DNA of 7,082 nt, from IMG/VR virus record IMGVR_UViG_2695420821_000006. One strand, given 5' to 3'. The position numbers and the translations under genes are program-made. Positions 1 to 5,612 of the stretch are shown here, piece after piece (within the stretch, counting starts at the first letter, position 1; each line of letters opens with the position of its first letter). This DNA is from a virus. Taxonomy: Duplodnaviria; Heunggongvirae; Uroviricota; Caudoviricetes. The notes beneath the pieces were generated by a model. It searched no databases. It was not told where the DNA came from and saw only the letters and a list, made by a program, of their open reading frames with translations.

Positions 1-26
1 GTAAGCGTGCAGCAAGAACCGTATTG
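1..26. repeat. IS66 terminal inverted repeat (tnpC-proximal end)
   Basis: Starts GTAAGCGTGCAGCAAGAACCGT; pairs imperfectly with the reverse complement of 2429-2454 (shared GTAAGCGT, then CAGCA and CCGT blocks). Exact IR length is uncertain. Confidence 0.55.
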
Positions 27-37
27 ACGGGGATGTG

Positions 38-1576
38 TTATTCAGTCGGCAGTGCTACGCGCCAGGGGAGCAGTTCGCCGACCCGGTTTATCGGCCAGTC
101 GGCTATGACGTCAAGGACATAGCGGAGGTAGCTTTCTGGCTCCACTCCGTTCAGTTTGCACGTCCCGATCAGGCTGTACAGCAGCGCTCCCCGCTCTCCT
201 CCATGATCCGAACCGAAGAACAGGTAGTTTTTGCGGCCCAGACTGACCATCCGCAACGCATTTTCAGCGATGTTATTGTCCGCCTCAGCCCAGCCATCAT
301 CTGCATAGTACGTCAGCGCCGGCCACTGGTTCAGGGCGTATGCGAACGCTTTCGCCAGTTCTGAGTGTCGCGACAGGGTTTTCATCTTTTCACGCAGCCA
401 GCTTTCCAGGGATTTCAGCAGCGGTTTCGTTTTCAACTGACGTTCGGCAAGGCGCTGCTCCGCCGTCATTCCCCTTATCTCTGCCTCGATGGCGTACAGT
501 TCGCCGATCCGTTTCAGCGCTTCCTCCGTCAGGGCTGACGGGGTGCGAACGTGCACATCGTGGATTTTACGGCGGGCGTGAGCCCAACAGGCGGCTTCCG
601 TTATCCGGCCATCCCGGTACAGCTCGTTGAACCCGGCGTATGCATCCGCCTGCAGTACACCACTGAACCCCGCAAGATGGGTCTGCGGATGGATGCCTTT
701 TCTGTCCGGGCTGTAAGCGAACCACACCGCCGGCGCCAGCGTTGACCCGGCGTTACGGTCGTCACGAACGTAGGTCCATAACCGCCCGGTCTTCGTTTTC
801 TTATTGCCTGGCAACAGCACCGGGACAGGCGTGTCATCAGCATGGAGCTTACCGTCAGTCAGCACATAGTCCTGAAGCGCTTCTTCCAGCGGTGACAGTA
901 GCCGGCAGCATGCATCCACCCAGCCCGACAGCAGTGAACGACTCAGCTCCACGCCCTGGCGGCCGTACATTTCAGACTGGCGGTACAGCGGGGTGTGCTC
1001 TGCATACTTTGAGATCAGCACGCGGGCCAGCAGCCCCGGTCCTGCGATACCCCGCTCGATGGGCCGTGAAGGCGCGGGGGCCTGCACGATGGCATCGCAC
1101 TGAGTACAGGCATGCTTTTCACGTACAGTCCGGATAACCCGGAAGGCGCTGCGCATCAGCTCCAGCTGTTCGGCGGCATCCTCACCCAGATAGCTCAGCG
1201 AGCCTCCACATTCCGGGCAGCATGACGCTGCCGGCAGCAGCCGTTTTTCATCGCGGGGGAGTGATTCGGGGAACGGTTTGCGGGTGCGGGTTTGACGCAG
1301 CGGGCGCTGCACGGCCGGGTCGTCAACCCGACCGGTAAGGGTATCACTTTCTTTCTGAAGTGCCTTCAGGTCAGCTTCCATCTGTGCGATACGACGGGAG
1401 ACTTTTTCCGAGCGGCTGCCGAAGTTCATCCGGCGCAGCTTATCCAGCTGTGCCTGCAGATGGTCTATTTCGCGTTCACGCTCGTTCAGCTTTTCCTGCA
1501 GGGCACGGTTCAGCGCCTCCTGTTCGGCAAGGAGACGTTTCAGTGCATTGATATCGTCAGGAAGTGAGCTGCTCAT
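38..1576 (-). CDS. tnpC: IS66-family transposase (TnpC / Orf3), 512 aa
   Basis: 512-aa ORF with an N-terminal coiled-coil-like region ([19 protein letters not shown]...), a CxxC...CxxC zinc-finger-like pair (CCPECGG...CTQCD) and a long catalytic core; matches my recollection of IS66 TnpC architecture. It is the last of three co-oriented IS ORFs. Confidence 0.88.
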   Translation of the reverse strand: MSSSLPDDINALKRLLAEQEALNRALQEKLNEREREIDHLQAQLDKLRRMNFGSRSEKVSRRIAQMEADLKALQKESDTLTGRVDDPAVQRPLRQTRTRKPFPESLPRDEKRLLPAASCCPECGGSLSYLGEDAAEQLELMRSAFRVIRTVREKHACTQCDAIVQAPAPSRPIERGIAGPGLLARVLISKYAEHTPLYRQSEMYGRQGVELSRSLLSGWVDACCRLLSPLEEALQDYVLTDGKLHADDTPVPVLLPGNKKTKTGRLWTYVRDDRNAGSTLAPAVWFAYSPDRKGIHPQTHLAGFSGVLQADAYAGFNELYRDGRITEAACWAHARRKIHDVHVRTPSALTEEALKRIGELYAIEAEIRGMTAEQRLAERQLKTKPLLKSLESWLREKMKTLSRHSELAKAFAYALNQWPALTYYADDGWAEADNNIAENALRMVSLGRKNYLFFGSDHGGERGALLYSLIGTCKLNGVEPESYLRYVLDVIADWPINRVGELLPWRVALPTE

Positions 1577-1624
1577 ACCGGGTATATTACCAGGCTCATT
1601 CAGCGTCGACCAGGATAAAGAGGC

Positions 1625-1972
1625 TTACAACATAGTCAGGGACGTAAGCAGTCTTTTAGGCTGCCGCCAGTCGATACCTTCCAGCAGCATCGCCAGCTGT
1701 GCCGGTGTGAGGAACACTTTGCCATCCCGGGCTGACGGCCAGGCGAAGCGGCCGCGCTCCAGCCGTTTGGTCAGCAGACACAGTCCATCGCCGGTAGACC
1801 AGAGGAGCTTTACCTGACTGCCATTACGCCCACGGAAGATAAAAACGTGACCTGACATCGGATCGTCTTTCAGCGTCGTCTGCACCTTTGCCGCCAGGCC
1901 GTTGAAGCCGTTTCTCATATCGGTGATGCCAGCGACCAGCCAGATCTTTGTCCCTGATGGTAATGGGATCAA
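1625..1972 (-). CDS. tnpB: IS66 Orf2 (TnpB-type accessory protein), 115 aa
   Basis: Translation MIPLPSGTKIWLVAGITDMRNGFNGLAAKVQ... has the characteristic IS66 Orf2 N-terminus; its start overlaps the tnpA stop by 4 bp. Confidence 0.85.
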   Translation of the reverse strand: MIPLPSGTKIWLVAGITDMRNGFNGLAAKVQTTLKDDPMSGHVFIFRGRNGSQVKLLWSTGDGLCLLTKRLERGRFAWPSARDGKVFLTPAQLAMLLEGIDWRQPKRLLTSLTML

Positions 1973-2373
1973 CGTTTGAGCTCCCGTATCAGCAGGTTCA
2001 GGATATTTTCGCTGATGGCACCATTCAGACGGAGTGATCCGTGCCGGAACGTCACTTCACAGCTGATATTGAGTGATTCAGGTGTCGCAGCAGCTACAGG
2101 TTGTGACCGGGGGGAGGTTGTAGGGACAACATCTTCGGCATCAAGTGTTATCGGGAGCAGCTCAGGCACGTTGTTTTCTGTTGTTGAAGGAGGACGTAGT
2201 TTTCCTTCGCGCCAGTACTGGCGCCACTTGAACAGCAAATTATCGTTGATCCCATGCTCACGAGCGAGTTGCGCTACGGAGATCTCTGGTCGATGCGAGA
2301 GTTCAACCATTTTGATTTTGAACTCAACGGGATAATTAGGGCTTTTTTTACGCACTGCGGTTAATGATTTCAT
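1969..2373 (-). CDS. tnpA: IS66 Orf1 (TnpA, helix-turn-helix transposase accessory protein), 134 aa
   Basis: N-terminal HTH-like region (EFKIKMVELSHRPEISVAQLAREHGINDNLLFKWRQ) typical of IS3/IS66 orfA proteins; first ORF inside the tnpA-proximal IR. Confidence 0.82.
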   Translation of the reverse strand: MKSLTAVRKKSPNYPVEFKIKMVELSHRPEISVAQLAREHGINDNLLFKWRQYWREGKLRPPSTTENNVPELLPITLDAEDVVPTTSPRSQPVAAATPESLNISCEVTFRHGSLRLNGAISENILNLLIRELKR

Positions 2374-2428
2374 GGATAGCGTCCACCATATTTGGTGTCC
2401 ACTATTCTCTCAGGAATTTCAGGATCTG

Positions 2429-2454
2429 CCAGACGGTGCTGAGACGACGCTTAC
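2429..2454. repeat. IS66 terminal inverted repeat (tnpA-proximal end)
   Basis: Reverse complement of 2429-2454 reads GTAAGCGTCGTCTCAGCACCGTCTGG, matching the pos 1-26 terminus in the first 8 nt and in later blocks. Confidence 0.55.
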
Positions 2455-2470
2455 AAATGGCGGTAGTGAA

Positions 2471-2653
2471 ATGCGAAAATTCAAAATAATTATTGAAACG
2501 GGAATAGCTGGTGGAGATTTTGAGGATGTATTCGAAGTAGATGATGACGCAACACCTGATGAAATTCATGACGAAGCAAAAGAAATTTTCTTTAACTACT
2601 GCAATTACTCATACCACGAAATAAAAGACGAAGAGGAAGGACAAAATGGCTGA
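2471..2653 (+). CDS. Small strongly acidic hypothetical protein (60 aa); first gene of the coupled operon
   Basis: ATG at 2471 is the first in-frame start outside the IS; the longer ORF-track call (2372..2653) begins inside the IS and is taken as read-through artefact. About 18 of 60 residues are D/E against 5 K/R. The stop overlaps the next start (ATGGCTGA). The RBS is weak (GGTAG). Confidence 0.5.
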   Translation: MRKFKIIIETGIAGGDFEDVFEVDDDATPDEIHDEAKEIFFNYCNYSYHEIKDEEEGQNG

Positions 2654-2822
2654 TTTTGGTTCAACTAAATATAACGCCAGTTTTGAAGAATGGCATGAAC
2701 TGTTAATGGATTATGCAGAGTTACGCGGTGGAAGTGCCGCTGATGCTGAAGCATGGCGTGATGATTATGAAGCAGGGAAAACTCCGGTCGAAGCATATTG
2801 TGATGAGTGGGGCGATGAATGA
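2646..2822 (+). CDS. Small strongly acidic hypothetical protein (58 aa)
   Basis: ORF MADFGSTKYNASFEEWHELLMDYAELRGGSAADAEAWRDDYEAGKTPVEAYCDEWGDE, below the ORF-track size cutoff. About 16 of 58 residues are D/E against 4 K/R. Its start overlaps the upstream stop and its stop overlaps the next start (ATGA at 2819-2822). Confidence 0.5.
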   Translation: MADFGSTKYNASFEEWHELLMDYAELRGGSAADAEAWRDDYEAGKTPVEAYCDEWGDE

Positions 2823-3178
2823 GCGAGATTAATTATCAGGAAGGGCATGAAAAGGCAGGGCAGGCAAAACCAGTGGCATGGCGATATCGCTACGTGAAAA
2901 AAGGCGTTACAGACTTTCAGGGGAAGCAGTGGGCTGGTGACTGGAAATATGTCCAGACAAAAGAAGATTGTAACGACAGACCGAACTATGAAATTCAGGC
3001 GTTATTCACGGCCCCGCCAGCCCCGGTGACATCAGAAGGACTAGTTAAAGCCGTGCGCTTTTATGAACAGGTAAAGCGTGAGAATCCACCCGTCGAAACA
3101 GGTGCATGGAAAGATGCTGTTGACTGGGTACTCAAAGAGGCTTGTCAGGTTGTAAACATTCGCATCAAAGGAGAATGA
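2819..3178 (+). CDS. Hypothetical protein, 119 aa (not recognised)
   Basis: Uninterrupted ORF with ATGA overlap to the upstream gene; the next gene starts 2 nt after its stop. W/Y-rich, no family recognised. Confidence 0.6.
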   Translation: MSEINYQEGHEKAGQAKPVAWRYRYVKKGVTDFQGKQWAGDWKYVQTKEDCNDRPNYEIQALFTAPPAPVTSEGLVKAVRFYEQVKRENPPVETGAWKDAVDWVLKEACQVVNIRIKGE

Positions 3179-3179
3179 G

Positions 3180-3695
3180 ATGGCGTTAACACACCGCGAA
3201 CTCTGTCAGATTGCCTACAGGTTCCTTAAGCGCAACGGGTTCAAGGTTTGCTTTCATGACCGCTTTGTTGCTGTAACCAGTACTGGAGAACAACCAGATG
3301 CTATGGGATTCAGAAATTCAGCATCATGCCTGATAGAGGCGAAGTGTTCTCGTGCTGACTTGTTGGCAGATAGAAAAAAGCGTTTCCGTAAAAATCCCTC
3401 TCTTGGCATGGGGGACTGGCGATTCTTTATTAGTGAGCCGGGAATTATTTCAATTGAGGATTTACCACCTGGCTGGGGATTACTTCACGTTGTTAACGGA
3501 AGAGTACGGAAAGTATATGGGTGGCCCAAGGGTAATTGCTGTTGGGGTAATCCTGACGATAAGCCATTTACCGGAAATAAGCAGGTTGAATGCGATTACA
3601 TGTTATCTGCATTAAGGCGCATGGAGTTGAGAGGGCACCTTAATGAAATATATGACGGTGTAATTGTTAATAAGAAAGAAGGAAACGCGGCATGA
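3180..3695 (+). CDS. Putative PD-(D/E)xK-fold nuclease-like protein (possibly MmcB-like), 171 aa
   Basis: Contains QPDAMGF followed about 12 residues later by LIEAKCSRADLLAD, i.e. a D ... E-x-K arrangement resembling the restriction-endonuclease-like catalytic motif. Family assignment is motif-based only. Confidence 0.6.
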   Translation: MALTHRELCQIAYRFLKRNGFKVCFHDRFVAVTSTGEQPDAMGFRNSASCLIEAKCSRADLLADRKKRFRKNPSLGMGDWRFFISEPGIISIEDLPPGWGLLHVVNGRVRKVYGWPKGNCCWGNPDDKPFTGNKQVECDYMLSALRRMELRGHLNEIYDGVIVNKKEGNAA

Positions 3696-4261
3696 TCACT
3701 ATTACCAAAGAGCGACTACTGACAATCAAGCAGTGGCGCGAAACATACGGACCTGGTAGCAACGTTGTGCTTCCAGCAGAAGAAGCGGAAGAGCTGGCAC
3801 GGATTGCACTGGCATCACTGGCAGCAGTATCGGATGAACGAGCAGCCTATGAATTATTTATGGAGAAGCGTTTCGGAGAATCTGTAGATCGCCGCAGAGC
3901 AAAAAATGGCGATAGAGAATACATGGCATGGGATATGGCGCTTGGCTGGATTATCTGGTGTCACCGCGCCGCCATGCTTCAGGCTGGAAACTTTCGGGAA
4001 CATAAGGGTTCGTCAACCAATAATTTTCGGGAAATCTCGGAAACGTCAACCAACCATCCGGTAACTCCGGATGGTTGGATAAGCTGTAGTGAGCGAATGC
4101 CGGATGACGGGCAGTGGTGCGTAGTGAACACAGAATACGGGTATTACGTGCAATGCTGGTCTGAAGGTCAAGGATGGCTTGGTGATGATATCAGCATCCC
4201 TGAATGCGATGTAATCAATCGGATGCTTCTACCTGAACCGCCGCAGAAGGTGCGCCAATGA
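3692..4261 (+). CDS. Phage-type protein with C-terminal DUF551-like domain, 189 aa
   Basis: C-terminus PDGWISCSERMPDDGQWCVVN...YYVQCW fits the W-I-S-x-x-(D/E)-R-(L/M)-P signature I associate with DUF551, which is common in lambdoid nin/early-region proteins. ATGA overlap with the upstream gene. The linker between domains contains a DNA-level repeat. Confidence 0.7.
   Translation: MITITKERLLTIKQWRETYGPGSNVVLPAEEAEELARIALASLAAVSDERAAYELFMEKRFGESVDRRRAKNGDREYMAWDMALGWIIWCHRAAMLQAGNFREHKGSSTNNFREISETSTNHPVTPDGWISCSERMPDDGQWCVVNTEYGYYVQCWSEGQGWLGDDISIPECDVINRMLLPEPPQKVRQ
3989..4053. repeat. Two imperfect ~32-bp direct repeats inside the DUF551 gene linker
   Basis: 3989-4020 AACTTTCGGGAACATAAGGGTTCGTCAACCAA and 4022-4053 AATTTTCGGGAAATCTCGGAAACGTCAACCAA; about 23 of 32 positions identical, with conserved TTCGGGAA and CGTCAACCAA ends. 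Encodes NFREHKGSSTN / NFREISETSTN. Confidence 0.7.
4050..4078. repeat. Perfect 12-bp inverted repeat with 5-bp spacer inside the DUF551 gene
   Basis: CCAACCATCCGG-TAACT-CCGGATGGTTGG; the arms are exact reverse complements. Located directly 3' of the direct repeats. Confidence 0.8.
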
Positions 4262-4341
4262 ACTGGCCTGAAGCATTTGCAATTACAGGCGTTGCTATGG
4301 CTATCGCTTTTTTAGTATATGTTATTTGTCGGTGGGGGTAA
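4258..4341 (+). CDS. Putative small hydrophobic peptide (27 aa)
   Basis: MNWPEAFAITGVAMAIAFLVYVICRWG; its start overlaps the stop of the DUF551 gene (ATGA), suggesting translational coupling. One predicted transmembrane helix. Too short for confident calling. Confidence 0.4.
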   Translation: MNWPEAFAITGVAMAIAFLVYVICRWG

Positions 4342-4376
4342 AAACGTTCGCCGGGATTAACACCAAAGGAGGGAAT

Positions 4377-4475
4377 ATGTCGGATGATATTTCACTGGCA
4401 ATGGAAGGCGCGCTGGCCGTTATTTCTGTTGTGGGCGTTTACTGCCTGGTTGTGTTTTTGATGGATCGGATGTGA
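4377..4475 (+). CDS. Putative small hydrophobic peptide (32 aa)
   Basis: MSDDISLAMEGALAVISVVGVYCLVVFLMDRM; preceded by a strong RBS AAGGAGGG (4366-4373) 4 nt before the ATG. One predicted transmembrane helix. Confidence 0.45.
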   Translation: MSDDISLAMEGALAVISVVGVYCLVVFLMDRM

Positions 4476-4522
4476 AACTGAATTCATTGCGATATGGGCA
4501 TTCCCATATCGGGTAAAACGGT

Positions 4523-4550
4523 TTGCGGTAAAGCGAGAGTTAAGTAGAAT
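4523..4550 (+). promoter_or_regulatory. Putative sigma70 promoter of the hok/mok mRNA
   Basis: TTGCGG (4523-4528), 16-nt spacer, TAGAAT (4545-4550); predicted start near 4557-4560, where the sequence (GGGTGCTTGAGGCTGTCTGCCTC...) resembles the 5' end of plasmid R1 hok mRNA as I recall it. Confidence 0.45.
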
Positions 4551-4556
4551 TGCTGC

Positions 4557-4568
4557 GGGTGCTTGAGG
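4557..4568 (+). promoter_or_regulatory. hok mRNA 5' element (tac-like) complementary to the 3' fbi-like element
   Basis: GGGTGCTTGAGG is complementary, with one bulge, to CCTCAACGCACCC at 4931-4943. It is followed by a 9-bp stem CTGTCTGCC / GGCAGACAG (4570-4578 with 4596-4604). Confidence 0.45.
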
Positions 4569-4609
4569 CTGTCTGCCTCGGGCATGCCGACGTAAGGCAG
4601 ACAGAGAAA

Positions 4610-4676
4610 AGCCCCAGTTAACATTATGCGTCTTGCAGGACGCTTAACATTAATCTGAGGCCATATCTATGACTTG
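4610..4676 (-). ncRNA. sok: Predicted Sok-like antisense RNA (approximate boundaries)
   Basis: A minus-strand promoter (features 4684-4712) would start transcription near 4676, giving an antisense RNA across the mok SD and start codon as in hok/sok systems. The 3' end is not defined; only a weak hairpin (GCGTC…GACGC) and a short T-run are visible. Confidence 0.4.
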
Positions 4677-4881
4677 CACACTTAGATTAGCCTCTTACGC
4701 GCCGAAAGGCAAGGAGCAGCAGGCTATGAAGCAGCAAAAGGCGATGCTAATCGCCCTGATCGTCATCTGTATTACCGTCGTTGTAACGGTACTGGTAACG
4801 AGGAAAGACCTCTGCGAGGTACGAATCCGAACCGGCCAGACGGAGGTCGCTGTCTTCACAGCTTACGAATCTGAGAAGTAA
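4669..4881 (+). CDS. mok: mok-type reading frame (70 codons) that includes the hok frame and shares its stop
   Basis: ATG at 4669 with SD GAGG (4657-4660); in frame with hok. The arrangement is as I recall for chromosomal mokC/hokC. This is the target region for the antisense RNA. Confidence 0.5.
   Translation: MTCTLRLASYAPKGKEQQAMKQQKAMLIALIVICITVVVTVLVTRKDLCEVRIRTGQTEVAVFTAYESEK
4684..4712 (-). promoter_or_regulatory. Putative sok promoter
   Basis: On the minus strand: TTGCCT (complement of 4707-4712), 17-nt spacer, TAATCT (complement of 4684-4689); it lies inside the start of the mok frame, as expected for sok. Confidence 0.4.
4726..4881 (+). CDS. hok: Hok/Gef-family type I toxin (small membrane killer protein), 51 aa
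   Basis: MKQQKAMLIALIVICITVVVTVLVTRKDLCEVRIRTGQTEVAVFTAYESEK aligns by eye with Hok (…[27 protein letters not shown]): one transmembrane helix followed by the conserved TRK-LCE-R…EVA-F-AYES-K tail. RBS AAGGAG at 4711-4716. Confidence 0.88.
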   Translation: MKQQKAMLIALIVICITVVVTVLVTRKDLCEVRIRTGQTEVAVFTAYESEK

Positions 4882-4930
4882 GAGACCCGGCGAGGGAGAA
4901 ATCCCTCGCCACCTCTGATGTGTCAGGCAT

Positions 4931-4943
4931 CCTCAACGCACCC
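4931..4943 (+). promoter_or_regulatory. fbi-like 3' element of hok mRNA
   Basis: CCTCAACGCACCC is complementary to the mRNA 5' end (4557-4568). It lies between a perfect 9-bp hairpin (GGCGAGGGA-GAAA-TCCCTCGCC, 4889-4910) and the terminator. Confidence 0.45.
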
Positions 4944-4951
4944 GCACTTAA

Positions 4952-4976
4952 CCCGCTTCTGCGGGTTTTGTTTTTT
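4952..4976 (+). terminator. Rho-independent terminator of the hok mRNA
   Basis: CCCGC-TTCT-GCGGG stem-loop (4952-4965) followed by TTTTGTTTTTT (4966-4976). Confidence 0.7.
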
Positions 4977-4997
4977 CTTGACATTCTGGTTTACAAT
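4968..4997 (+). promoter_or_regulatory. Possible weak promoter for the downstream ORF
   Basis: TTGTTT (4968-4973), 18-nt spacer, TACAAT (4992-4997). A perfect TTGACA at 4978-4983 is too close to that -10 element to be its -35. Speculative. Confidence 0.25.
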
Positions 4998-5047
4998 TCG
5001 CACGCCAGCCTGAACAACTGGCACCTGCTGTGTCACCGGAGAACCCG

Positions 5048-5239
5048 ATGGCGCAACGTATAAAATCCCACAATTCTGAAGCCGTCCCGGCCATTAAGCG
5101 GGGGCGGCATTCGCACGTATTTAAAACCGACTGGTACCAGCATCCCCCATGCACTGAAGAACAGGCCGAATGGCTGATTCAGTGTTACCGCAGGCGCGGA
5201 TATTGGTGTGTCACGTTAACCGGAAAAAGGAAAGTTTGA
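5048..5239 (+). CDS. Hypothetical 63-aa ORF, possibly the 5' part of a frameshifted gene continuing into the TerB-like frame
   Basis: ATG at 5048 with RBS GGAGA (5038-5042); the ORF track starts it at an upstream GTG (5030). It ends at TGA 5237-5239, directly after an A5 run (5224-5228) where a +1 shift would enter the TerB-like frame. Confidence 0.3.
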   Translation: MAQRIKSHNSEAVPAIKRGRHSHVFKTDWYQHPPCTEEQAEWLIQCYRRRGYWCVTLTGKRKV

Positions 5240-5612
5240 GAAACGCGATCTGGCACAGGCGGTGATTAACGCCGCATACCTGGTGGCCTGTGCAGATGGT
5301 GAATGTGAGGCTTCCTAGAAAGCGAAGATCGAACAGGTACTGCGTAATCAGCCTGCGCTGTACGCGTTTACGTCAGAAATTAATGCGATTAGCGCAACCA
5401 TTATCGGTCAGCTGGATACGAACTTTAAAACTGGTCGTCGTGCGGCGTTACGTGAGATCGAGGATGTGAAACACGATACGCGTGAAGCGGAAGATGTGCT
5501 GGATGTGGCGGTGGCCATTGCGGAGGCAGACGGCGAAATTGAGCCGGAAGAGCGCAAGGTGCTGGAAGAGATTGCCGGTGTTCTGGGTCTTCGTCTGGAG
5601 AATTACCTGTGA
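5220..5612 (+). pseudogene. TerB-family (tellurite-resistance TerB-like domain) gene, apparently disrupted
   Basis: The frame reads …AQAVINAAYLVACADGECEAS*KAKIEQVL…VAIAEADGEIEPEERKVLEEIAGVLGLRLENYL*, i.e. two ADG-x5-E-x-(K/R) repeats typical of TerB-like domains. There is an in-frame TAG at 5316-5318 (probably from GAG), a TAA at 5217-5219 just upstream, and no ATG/GTG start before the domain. Confidence 0.55.

Larger units (their letters stand above)
1..2454 (-). mobile_element. IS66-family insertion sequence, apparently complete (~2.45 kb)
   Basis: Three consecutive minus-strand ORFs in the IS66 order tnpA-tnpB-tnpC, with a 4-bp ATGA overlap between tnpA stop and tnpB start. The element begins GTAAGCGT (pos 1-8) and ends with its reverse complement ACGCTTAC (2447-2454). 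The left boundary coincides with the window start, so that end and any 8-bp target-site duplication cannot be verified. Confidence 0.8.

Noticed and set aside
35-1137. Plus-strand ORFs 35..364, 340..630, 551..745 and 742..1137, and minus-strand ORF 601..843
   Set aside because: All lie inside the 512-aa IS66 tnpC coding sequence, in the antisense orientation or an alternative frame. Their translations are Arg/Pro/Ser-rich, typical of GC-rich antisense frames, with no RBS or recognisable domains.
1292-2335. Plus-strand ORFs 1292..1567, 1360..1551, 1548..1817 and 1976..2335
   Set aside because: Antisense to tnpC, tnpB and tnpA of the IS; no independent support.
2372-2470. N-terminal extension of the first operon gene (ORF-track call 2372..2653, 93 aa)
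   Set aside because: The extension begins inside the IS66 element, antisense to the tnpA start and terminal IR, and crosses the IS boundary at 2454. It is most likely a read-through artefact, so the start at ATG 2471 is preferred. A truncated native gene cannot be excluded.
3352-3615. ORF 3352..3615 (+), 87 aa
   Set aside because: Alternative frame entirely within the 171-aa nuclease-like gene, which is itself part of a tightly coupled operon.
4948-5154. Minus-strand ORF 4948..5154 (68 aa)
   Set aside because: Overlaps the hok terminator and the upstream part of the next plus-strand gene in antisense. Cys/Trp-rich translation and no RBS.
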